Program-made: the position numbers and the translations under genes
Notes under the pieces: model-generated
The model's database searches: none
Seen by the model: only the letters and a program-made list of their open reading frames with translations
What the model was told of the DNA's origin: nothing
Shown: positions 49,510-57,830 of the stretch, one piece after another
How the letters are laid out: the number at the start of each line of letters is the position of its first letter
Numbering within the stretch: position 1 is the stretch's first letter
Assembly: GCA_964400475.1 (NCBI GenBank)
Contig: CAYNTH010000001.1
Location: 73,957 to 137,956 of the forward strand
Direction of reading: 5' to 3'
DNA length: 64,000 nt
Source of the DNA: an uncultured archaeon
GTDB lineage: Archaea > Aenigmatarchaeota > Aenigmatarchaeia > CG10238-14 > SCSR01

Positions 49510-51164
49510 AGTTCCTGTAGTAATTCTTTTTCACTTTCGGTCAATTTACTAAAAACATCTCTCAGTATTTTTTTGTCCTTTTTAGTTAGGTGTGATATCA
49601 GAATTTGGTTTTCAAATATGGTCCTTCCCGCAACCGGTTCTCTCATTTTTATCGCTACTCTGTCTCCTTTTTTAGCATAATCTATATTTCTCCCTTCTTT
49701 TTGAATTTCCTTAATTTCTCCTATTATCTCATTTTCCTTATTTTTCAACAATGTGCCCTTTTTAAGATATCCAGATATTATTTCAATACCTACTATACAG
49801 GGTTTACTCGCTCTGAAAATGCATCCTTTAAGTAACTTTAATTTTACAGGTCTGCTAGTCTTTTCGAGTTTCTCCTGAATTTCCCTTTCTTTTCTATTGT
49901 AGGTCCATTCTTTGTAATCTTCCAATATCTTATAAATGATATCGTTCTTGAAAATTTTGATTTTCAAATCTTCAGATAATTCCTTGGCTTCCGTTAGAAC
50001 TGGTACATTAAAAGCGAATATTACTTTCTTAATATCGTCTTTAACGTTTTGTGCTTCTATTACATCTAATTTGTTCACATGACCGACTTCTGCTTTTCTT
50101 ATTGGCATATCAGCATCTTTGAGCATTTTGATCAGTGCTTCTAGTCCACCCAATGTATCCGCTTTTATCAGAACTCCATCAACATCTTTGGAAAATTCGA
50201 CTTCTTCTACGCTCTTCTGCACTTCATTTTTGGCACCCTCAATCTCATCTTCGCTTTTAACGGAAATTAGTGGGGACCCAGGTATCACATTGTCTAATTC
50301 GGGTGCAGCTATTTTGATACCAGATGCCGCCTGGACATGATCAATAGATTCGAATTGCTTTTCAATTCTAAGTTCTTTGAGTGGTTTAGGTCTTAATAGT
50401 GCCTTTATTTTCGTGACTTTGGGCTCTTTGCCACCTATTACTACAAAATCATCCTTTTTTATGATTCCGTCGTATAGAATTACATCTATCGTTGTTCCAA
50501 GACCCTTCAATTCTTTTATTTCCAATACTACACCACGTCCTTTATTAGAAACAGTTAGTTTATTTTTTAGAAACTGCTGCGCAAGACCTGTAAGAACCAT
50601 CAATAATTCAGATACACCTTCACCAGTCATACCTGAACACGGTACTATTGCCACCTTTTTGGCAAAATCGTTTATCCTATCAAATCTATCGGCCTCAAAT
50701 CCATTTTCAGATAATTGTATTATTAATTCGTATATTTTTTTATCCAATTCTTGTTTAACATCTTCTCTTTGTTCCTTTAAACTATCCAATACACATTCGT
50801 CGTCATGCGGGAACCATCCAGTTATTCTGTCAACTTTTGTTGCAGCAACGATGAATGGTGTTTTGAATTCCTTAAGAAAGGTCAGGCTTTCAATGGTTTG
50901 GGGTTGAAACCCTTTGTTTATGTCTATTACAAGTATGCCTATATCTGCTACACTACCTCCTCTTTTTCTTAAAGTTATGAATGCTTCGTGCCCTGGTGTA
51001 TCTATAAACAATAATCCTGGGATAGTTATGTCTATTTTTAATTTGTCAAGTAATTGACCGCACGTTTTTTTTATAGTTTCTATAGGGATAAAGCTAGCTC
51101 CTATATGCTGGGTAATACCTCCAGCCTCTCCATGCTGTACTTGTGTCCTTCTTATACTATCCAA
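49506..51164 (-). CDS. infB: translation initiation factor aIF5B (IF2 homolog); N-terminus anomalous
   Basis: The track ORF starts with TTG at 51164 (…DSIRRTQVQHGEAGGITQHIGA) and has G-domain, domain II and C-terminal domains. The same frame continues upstream as AISTENVDHGKTLLL, encoding the P-loop, back to an in-frame TAG at 51207-51209 with no ATG/GTG/TTG. The true 5' end is therefore uncertain (about 51191-51206). Confidence 0.8.
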   Translation of the reverse strand: MDSIRRTQVQHGEAGGITQHIGASFIPIETIKKTCGQLLDKLKIDITIPGLLFIDTPGHEAFITLRKRGGSVADIGILVIDINKGFQPQTIESLTFLKEFKTPFIVAATKVDRITGWFPHDDECVLDSLKEQREDVKQELDKKIYELIIQLSENGFEADRFDRINDFAKKVAIVPCSGMTGEGVSELLMVLTGLAQQFLKNKLTVSNKGRGVVLEIKELKGLGTTIDVILYDGIIKKDDFVVIGGKEPKVTKIKALLRPKPLKELRIEKQFESIDHVQAASGIKIAAPELDNVIPGSPLISVKSEDEIEGAKNEVQKSVEEVEFSKDVDGVLIKADTLGGLEALIKMLKDADMPIRKAEVGHVNKLDVIEAQNVKDDIKKVIFAFNVPVLTEAKELSEDLKIKIFKNDIIYKILEDYKEWTYNRKEREIQEKLEKTSRPVKLKLLKGCIFRASKPCIVGIEIISGYLKKGTLLKNKENEIIGEIKEIQKEGRNIDYAKKGDRVAIKMREPVAGRTIFENQILISHLTKKDKKILRDVFSKLTESEKELLQEL

Positions 51165-51373
51165 AAGCAGTGTTTTGCCGTGGTCGACATTTTCGGTTGA
51201 TATTGCCTATACAAAAATCAATGTCCGAGCACCGCTACTATTGGCTGTCGTATTTTTTTGTTGGTCAATGCCCTCACCTTTTAATAATCCTTTGTACTTA
51301 TTGTTATTATAATATTTTCATTATTTTTAATTCAATCATATAAAATATTCATTTAAATACAATAAACTAATTA

Positions 51374-51826
51374 GTGGTGAATGGTGGCAAAATGTTGACA
51401 ATGGGAGAAGTCGAGCCGTTGGGGCTGTGCATAACAACCCAAAAACTCATGGATAGAAGATTTAGATCTAGCTTTGGGGACAACTTAATATTGAGGGATA
51501 GGGACCCTGATTTAGAGCCGAAATTATTGAAGATTAAAAGAGAAATGAACTCTGGGATGAATGAGAAGAAATACATAGATGGCCACAAGATGGTAATTGT
51601 AAATAATATAGACAAAATACTGGGTCTTGTCGACAGATTTACACGAGTGAATTTGGCGACTGTTGAAAAAATCATATTCGATGGTAAGGATTTGATAAAA
51701 AAAGTTATGAAAGCTGAAAATTTTGACGATATAGAGAGATTGGGGCCCGCATTTAAGAGTCAGATAACTCTCCCGATTTATGAGTTATTTATTAAAGAAT
51801 CGAAAGAGAGATTCAATCAGGGGTAG
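51374..51826 (+). CDS. hypothetical protein
   Basis: 150 aa, no TM and no motif recognised by eye. Confidence 0.35.
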   Translation: MVNGGKMLTMGEVEPLGLCITTQKLMDRRFRSSFGDNLILRDRDPDLEPKLLKIKREMNSGMNEKKYIDGHKMVIVNNIDKILGLVDRFTRVNLATVEKIIFDGKDLIKKVMKAENFDDIERLGPAFKSQITLPIYELFIKESKERFNQG

Positions 51827-51829
51827 TGT

Positions 51830-52000
51830 ATGATTATCAACAACGTTGATGATGAAATAGATAAATTGAAAGTGAAGAAAATAGAGTTGACAAATAGGAT
51901 GAATACTATTATAGGATTCGACGATAAGGAACTCTTGAAACAGGAAATAGGCAGGATAGACAATCAGATCAGTATTTTGGAAAAATACAAGAAAAAATAA
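51830..52000 (+). CDS. hypothetical small coiled-coil protein
   Basis: Hand-translated 56-aa ORF MIINNVDDEIDKLKVKKIELTNRMNTIIGFDDKELLKQEIGRIDNQISILEKYKKK, 3 nt after the upstream stop. Confidence 0.3.
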   Translation: MIINNVDDEIDKLKVKKIELTNRMNTIIGFDDKELLKQEIGRIDNQISILEKYKKK

Positions 52001-52049
52001 ATTTTATCAACTACTCTTAATTTCTATGGATAATTTGAGGTTATAAAAA

Positions 52050-53753
52050 ATGACTGAAGAAAATGAGAAGAGTGATTCGGACCAGATGTTTTGGTCGGAT
52101 AGAATAGCACAATTGGTGACTGAAAGAGATGGATATAATTATATTGATAAGAAGATAGAGAAGCCCGAAGTTTACGGTATAAAAAGTAGTACGTCTATTT
52201 CAGGTGTTCCGCATATAGGAAATGCATCTGATGTAATTAGGAGTGATTCAGTTGTCCGTTCGCTGAGAGACCTTGGTGAGAATGTAAAATTCATTTGGGT
52301 AGCAGAAGACATGGACCCTCTCCGTAAGGTACCCGCGGGGATACCTGATAAGTTCGAAAAATATCTAGGCATGCCCGTGTCTGATTTGCCGTGTCCTGTT
52401 GGGTGCTGCGAGAGTTATGTGAAACATTTCGTTAGATTATTTATTGAGAGTTTGCATGAATATTTTGGAACAGAACCAAAGATGTTGACAACAACTGATG
52501 CTTACAAATCTGGAGAGTTTTATCCCTATGTCAAAAAAGCGATAGAAAAAATAGATGTTATAAAAGAAGTACTTAATAAGCATAGGACAACTCCATTGTC
52601 CAAAATTTGGAGTCCTTGGAAGCCAGTATGTGATAATTGCGGTAAAATCATAACAACCAAAGTAATTGATGTTAATGGAGATATTGTCAAGTATAAATGT
52701 GGAGACTACTCCTTTAAGGAATTTGGTAAGAAGGCATACAATAAGGTTGAAGGGTGTGGACATGTTGGTGAAAGTGACATAAAAGAAGGCAGAGGTAAGT
52801 TATTGTGGAAAATTGAATGGGCAGCTGAATGGCCTTTATGGAATATCCATTTTGAACCAGCCGGTAAAGAGCATTTTATGCCGGGGGCGTCCTTTTGGAA
52901 TGCGGGTGAAATAGCTGAACGTGTATACGATTGGCCAGAACCTTATCCTGGTCGCAATGAGATACAACCTTATGAATATATCATGATTAATGGTGAAAAA
53001 ATGTCGGCATCGAAGGGTAATGTAGTTGCTACATGGGAGTGGCCTGAATTTGCACCTCCTGAAATATTGAGATTGATATTGCTTAAAAGGCCGAATATGC
53101 AAAGGGAATTTTCATATTCAAAGATTCCAGTTTTAGTTGATGAATTCGATAGATTGAGATATGTGTATTATGGGAAGGAAAGTGTTGACAACAATCGAGA
53201 ATTGATGAATCTCAAAAGACTGTACGAGATGTCGCTGACTAAAGAAGATAAAGGATACATATCAAATATACCGTTTGGGTTCGCTTCTATGATAGCCCAA
53301 ATCATACCAGATGCGACGAAATCCAATTTTGATAAAGTACTGTCCTTGGCAGAGAGAACTAATCACATAAAGGATGTAGATGAACTAAGTGATGTTGCCA
53401 GAAAAAATATTGCTCGCAGGATAAAACAAGCGGGTTCTTGGGTTGAGAAATACGGCACATCACGTGACAAGATCACAATTTCCAAGGAGATACCTGATAA
53501 GGTAGATGAGCTTTCGGATGAACAGAGGAGTTCCTTAATTGAATTGGGTGAATATTTGTCTAAAGATAGAACGAATGATGACATCTGGGATAAAATCAGG
53601 AAAATTGCCAAGTCAAATGGGATATCGGCGAAAAAGGTTTTTCAGGCAACATATATTGCATTACTAGGCCAAAGATATGGGCCGAGATTAGTCCCATTCA
53701 TACAAACAATGGACACCGATTTTATTGTGGATAGATTTAAACTGGAAAAATAA
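52050..53753 (+). CDS. lysK: lysyl-tRNA synthetase, class I (archaeal type)
   Basis: 567 aa with SGVPHIGNASDV (HIGH-like) and GEKMSASKGNVV (KMSKS) motifs. Size and layout match class I LysRS. Confidence 0.85.
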   Translation: MTEENEKSDSDQMFWSDRIAQLVTERDGYNYIDKKIEKPEVYGIKSSTSISGVPHIGNASDVIRSDSVVRSLRDLGENVKFIWVAEDMDPLRKVPAGIPDKFEKYLGMPVSDLPCPVGCCESYVKHFVRLFIESLHEYFGTEPKMLTTTDAYKSGEFYPYVKKAIEKIDVIKEVLNKHRTTPLSKIWSPWKPVCDNCGKIITTKVIDVNGDIVKYKCGDYSFKEFGKKAYNKVEGCGHVGESDIKEGRGKLLWKIEWAAEWPLWNIHFEPAGKEHFMPGASFWNAGEIAERVYDWPEPYPGRNEIQPYEYIMINGEKMSASKGNVVATWEWPEFAPPEILRLILLKRPNMQREFSYSKIPVLVDEFDRLRYVYYGKESVDNNRELMNLKRLYEMSLTKEDKGYISNIPFGFASMIAQIIPDATKSNFDKVLSLAERTNHIKDVDELSDVARKNIARRIKQAGSWVEKYGTSRDKITISKEIPDKVDELSDEQRSSLIELGEYLSKDRTNDDIWDKIRKIAKSNGISAKKVFQATYIALLGQRYGPRLVPFIQTMDTDFIVDRFKLEK

Positions 53754-53798
53754 TAAAAGATGCAATGATTGAAATATTTCTATTAGAATAGATTATTT

Positions 53799-54893
53799 AT
53801 GAGTTTATTTTCGGATATGAATGAATCTAGAATATTCAAGGATGAGGAAGTTTTGTCCACTGAATATCTGCCTAAGCTTTTGCCACACAGGGAGAATGAA
53901 ATAAAGGAAATTGCCAGAAATTTATCACCATTGTCAAAGGGGAAATCCCCTACGAACACGTTTATTTTCGGTTCCCCTGGTATAGGAAAAACAGCTGTAA
54001 CTAAATATGTTTTTAGTGAATTAGATGATTATAGTGAACAAGTGGAGACAGTCTATATAAATTGTTGGGATTATCGTACACCCACCGCGCTTTTAACACA
54101 AATTATAATCTCTCTCGGTTTTTTTGTGCAACGACGTGGGTGGAGTAGGGACGAAATAATAGACAAGTTAAAGGAAGCGTTGAGTAAAGGCGCCAAGGGA
54201 GTTGCAGTATGTTTGGATGAAGTGGATCAGTTAGAAATGTCTGCTTTGTATGATTTGTTGAGGATAAATCAATATGTCGAGACCCCTGTAGGACTGGTTT
54301 TTATTTCCAATGATTCTTATGTATTTTCAAAAGCAGAGCCTAGAATAAGGAGTAGTCTGGGTGCTGACGAAATAGAGTTTAAGGCATATACCTTGAACGA
54401 GATGAAGGAAATCCTGGACGAACGGGCGGAAAAGGCATTCCAATCATATAATCCGGCAATAGTAACGCTGTGTGCTAATCACGCTGTTAATAATGGTGGG
54501 GATGTTCGTGTTGGATTACAATGTTTATTAAAGGCCGGTCGAAAGGCCGAAGAATCTGGGGCGGAGAAGGTGGTTGTTGAACACGTTAAGGAGGTGCTCG
54601 ATACCGTCAAAAAAATTAAACCAAAAATATTGGAGGACAAAATTAACGAACATGAAAAAATACTTTTGGATATACTTAAGGACGGTGAAAAATTGAGTTC
54701 GGGTGATTTATACGATGAATATAGAAAAAGGGCAAGGAAAAAATTTAAAGATACTGACAATTCACCGGTTACAGATAGATCTTTGAGGGATTTCGTTAGA
54801 CATTTAGAAGATATTAATCTAATCGAAATAAGCGAGAAGAAAGTCGGTAGAAGTAGACTCATTTGGTATAATGAAGACATTGTACGCGATTGA
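53799..54893 (+). CDS. cdc6: Orc1/Cdc6 replication initiator
   Basis: 364 aa with AAA+ Walker A FIFGSPGIGKTAV, Walker B VCLDEVD and a C-terminal winged-helix domain. Confidence 0.85.
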   Translation: MSLFSDMNESRIFKDEEVLSTEYLPKLLPHRENEIKEIARNLSPLSKGKSPTNTFIFGSPGIGKTAVTKYVFSELDDYSEQVETVYINCWDYRTPTALLTQIIISLGFFVQRRGWSRDEIIDKLKEALSKGAKGVAVCLDEVDQLEMSALYDLLRINQYVETPVGLVFISNDSYVFSKAEPRIRSSLGADEIEFKAYTLNEMKEILDERAEKAFQSYNPAIVTLCANHAVNNGGDVRVGLQCLLKAGRKAEESGAEKVVVEHVKEVLDTVKKIKPKILEDKINEHEKILLDILKDGEKLSSGDLYDEYRKRARKKFKDTDNSPVTDRSLRDFVRHLEDINLIEISEKKVGRSRLIWYNEDIVRD

Positions 54894-55077
54894 TTATCTG
54901 TTACAAAGTTTTTTGATTTTCCTGGTTTTTTTCAATTTCTTCCTACAATCTTTACATAACATCATGAATTTTACTTTGAAAAGTTTTCCCACGTCTTTTA
55001 CGTGTTTCTTACAATTATCACAAAATTTCTGCATTAAATAATAATTGTGTTTTCTTTTATTTAGGTTTAAGGTCCTC

Positions 55078-55950
55078 TCATATTAAGAAAGTCTCTTCGT
55101 GTTGGGCCACGAGTCCATTACTATCCTCCTTTAATATCGGATATTCTTTGATTGCACCCGACTGCAACAGCTGGTCGATTGCCATATTTACTTTTAATTC
55201 CGGGACACCAAGTTTAGGAATCCATCTTTTAGCGAATGGGAGCGAATGGAAGTCATTTTTGGCAGCGTCCAGTATTTTTCTGGCTTCCTTCATTCTAACT
55301 GCTTTGTCTTCTTTATAAGCGAATATCAATGTTGGCTGGGAGTCTTTCACCCACCCGACTCCATCAGTTGCGAATACTTCCATTGCCAATGCTTGATCAG
55401 ATTCTAATTCATCTTTTATATTATTCTTACCATTTGGAATAGAGAATCTGGAATGTGGTTTGTATCTGTCTAGACCATGTCCACATAAATTTCTTATTGG
55501 ATTGAATCCATGTTCAGATAACGTATCTTCAACGACTTCTGAAATTTCACATATCTCAGTGCCAGGTTTGATGAGTTTTTTAGCTTTTTCCAGTGCTTCT
55601 TTAGATGCATCTATCAACGGATGTGAATTTTTTCCAATACATACTGTAAATGCCCTATCCCATATATAACCATCGACATGTGTTCCAATATCTATTTTGA
55701 CTAAATCACCCTCATTCAATTTTGTAGAATCTCGTATATCGGGTGTATAATGAGCAGCATTTTCATTTATCGATATGTTGACCGGGAATGCTATCCCCCC
55801 ACCCAATTCTTTAATTTTGTTCTCTATTTTTTCACCTATTTCTACAATACCCACCCCTTCTTTCAGCATTGGTTTGATATATAATACAGTACTGTCCGAT
55901 ATAGATTTGGACTTATTGTACTTTTTTATTATTTCTTTTTCCATATTCAC
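55078..55950 (-). CDS. map: methionine aminopeptidase type 2
   Basis: 290 aa with pita-bread metal ligand blocks (GTHVDGYIWDRAFT, HGLDRYKPH) and the MetAP2-type insert. Confidence 0.85.
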   Translation of the reverse strand: MNMEKEIIKKYNKSKSISDSTVLYIKPMLKEGVGIVEIGEKIENKIKELGGGIAFPVNISINENAAHYTPDIRDSTKLNEGDLVKIDIGTHVDGYIWDRAFTVCIGKNSHPLIDASKEALEKAKKLIKPGTEICEISEVVEDTLSEHGFNPIRNLCGHGLDRYKPHSRFSIPNGKNNIKDELESDQALAMEVFATDGVGWVKDSQPTLIFAYKEDKAVRMKEARKILDAAKNDFHSLPFAKRWIPKLGVPELKVNMAIDQLLQSGAIKEYPILKEDSNGLVAQHEETFLI

Positions 55951-55980
55951 ACTTCTAATTATTAGATAAAATTATACTTA

Positions 55981-57159
55981 TTAAGTATCTAAATTTTCTG
56001 CTATGGTTGGGTCGGGTGAATATTTCGTAAATTTATCCCAAACATTGGTAGAGTATTTTCGAATATCATCAACGGATTGCGCCTTTTCTAGCATATAAAT
56101 GTCATTTTCGATATCCGACAAAAATATGGGAAAAATTTCTCTGGCATTTTCAAAATATTTTTTGATTTCTTTGACGAATAGATTTTTCACATTTCTTATT
56201 CTTTGATTATCGTGCTTTTCTAATAGTTCATCGTATCTTTTGTTGGATTTTATTGCTGATTTGAATATTTCATCCCTTTCCTTTTCACTATATCCGAAAA
56301 AGAGACAAAACGCCCTCTCAATTTTGAGAATAGATTTAGTCAAAATTCTAGAATCTTCTTTAAAACTTGGTATTTTGAAAATTATGTTATTCTTATCATC
56401 AAATATTTTCTCTTCAGGTTCTGTTAAAAGAAATGGGTTAATTATCGATCTCGCCATTTCTATATCACCCATTTCATCAGATATGACAGTGCTCAAATTT
56501 CTAATAGGTATGTTTAATTCCTTTGTTAAATTTTGTATTAATTTTTTCTTATTTTCATACAAAATTGGATATATCGTTTGGAATTCGCCATGTTTGAATA
56601 TGTACTGTGATCCAAACCCATTTTCCGTTGGTAATCCCAATCTTCTCGAAATCAGATTTTTAATACTTTCATCAGGAGACCCACTAATGAAGAATATATC
56701 ATATTTCATCCTTTTTAGGGTTGATATACATTCCAACAAATTTGGAGCCAGTGGGATATCTTCAATCGAATCTATACATGCTTTTCTGTGCTCTTCGTAT
56801 TGAATGTCACATTTCTTGAATATTCCATTTATTTCGTTTACGATTTGGTTGAAGTTGTTGGAGTTCATTTTCGCCATTTTTTTAAAAATTATATCTGTGA
56901 AGTTTCCGATATTTTTGTTGTATTTGCATAAATCCTTGATATAGTTTACGAATATTGGCTTACCCGTGTTTACTACACCATCCACGTCGGACCACAATAT
57001 TTTACCATCTGAGTTATTGTCAATATAATAGCCCAGCACATCATATTTTCCATAAAGCTTGATATTATAATCTGACATCGGTATAAAGTCGTATTCCAAT
57101 GTGGTATAAACAATTTTTTTAAATAGTTCTTCTTCCATCCGGTTTATTTCAAATTCCAT
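55981..57159 (-). CDS. HAD-superfamily hydrolase-like protein with extra C-terminal domain
   Basis: 392 aa with HAD motif I ILWSDVDGVV, motif II FFISGSPDE and motif IV ISDEMGDIEMA, plus an uncharacterised C-terminal domain of about 140 aa. Confidence 0.45.
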   Translation of the reverse strand: MEFEINRMEEELFKKIVYTTLEYDFIPMSDYNIKLYGKYDVLGYYIDNNSDGKILWSDVDGVVNTGKPIFVNYIKDLCKYNKNIGNFTDIIFKKMAKMNSNNFNQIVNEINGIFKKCDIQYEEHRKACIDSIEDIPLAPNLLECISTLKRMKYDIFFISGSPDESIKNLISRRLGLPTENGFGSQYIFKHGEFQTIYPILYENKKKLIQNLTKELNIPIRNLSTVISDEMGDIEMARSIINPFLLTEPEEKIFDDKNNIIFKIPSFKEDSRILTKSILKIERAFCLFFGYSEKERDEIFKSAIKSNKRYDELLEKHDNQRIRNVKNLFVKEIKKYFENAREIFPIFLSDIENDIYMLEKAQSVDDIRKYSTNVWDKFTKYSPDPTIAENLDT

Positions 57160-57188
57160 TTAACTCAGCAAATGAACTGTTCAAGAAG

Positions 57189-57359
57189 CTACGGTTTCTT
57201 ATCGCCTAACAACACTTTGGAATATATCCCTATGATTGTTAGGATTATGATTAAAATGGATAATATTATCCATAATTTGGGGTTGGCCCAAGTGGGTACT
57301 TCTATTATTGACATATCCCCATTCGCCAATCCAGTGATTAGATCCATAGGTCCATTCAT
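57189..57359 (-). CDS. hypothetical small membrane protein upstream of HAD-like gene
   Basis: Hand-translated 56-aa ORF MNGPMDLITGLANGDMSIIEVPTWANPKLWIILSILIIILTIIGIYSKVLLGDKKP with a single TM helix. It lies about 27 nt before the HAD-like start on the same strand. Confidence 0.25.
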   Translation of the reverse strand: MNGPMDLITGLANGDMSIIEVPTWANPKLWIILSILIIILTIIGIYSKVLLGDKKP

Positions 57360-57454
57360 GTAAATTCCCTAATTTTAATCTGTTTTTTACTGAAAAATAG
57401 TTTTCTTTTATAACAATGTTATAAATTTATATCTAGAATTAACAACTCTTATTT

Positions 57455-57829
57455 ATGAAACCCTTTTGCGAAATAGTTGTGTCTGATTTTCTGCCATCAG
57501 TCAGGGCAATAATCGCCAATGATTTGTCTAACAAATACGATTTGACACAAACTCAAATATCGGAGAAGCTTGGTATAACGCAGCCAGCAATATCTCAGTA
57601 TAAGCGTGAATTGAGGGGTCACAAAGTTAGGGCAATATCATCTAACAATGCTGTTAGTAACCTTATATCGGAGTTGTCAAAGGATATAGCTATGGGAGAC
57701 GTTGATTGTAAATTTATACATAAAAAGGTTTGTGAAATATGTAGAACGGCCCGTAAAGAGAAGCTTCTATGTAAAATCCATTCTGATTATAATCCTCTTT
57801 TAGATAATTGTAATTTATGCTCCGAGTGA
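57455..57829 (+). CDS. HTH-domain protein with C-terminal Cys cluster (putative metal/redox-responsive regulator)
   Basis: 124 aa with HTH-like YDLTQTQISEKLGITQPAISQYKRELRG and C-terminal DCKFIHKKVCEICRTARKEKLLCKIH...CNLC (5-6 Cys). Confidence 0.45.
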   Translation: MKPFCEIVVSDFLPSVRAIIANDLSNKYDLTQTQISEKLGITQPAISQYKRELRGHKVRAISSNNAVSNLISELSKDIAMGDVDCKFIHKKVCEICRTARKEKLLCKIHSDYNPLLDNCNLCSE

Positions 57830-57830
57830 A

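Noticed and set aside
53754-53798. Possible replication origin upstream of orc1/cdc6
   Set aside because: Only 45 nt of intergenic space, and no ORB-like direct or inverted repeats are visible. The downstream gap has only a short palindrome.
57172-57363. 63-aa plus-strand ORF in the divergent promoter region
   Set aside because: Its translation has no features. The minus-strand 56-aa single-TM ORF fits the gene orientation better, and even that is low confidence.
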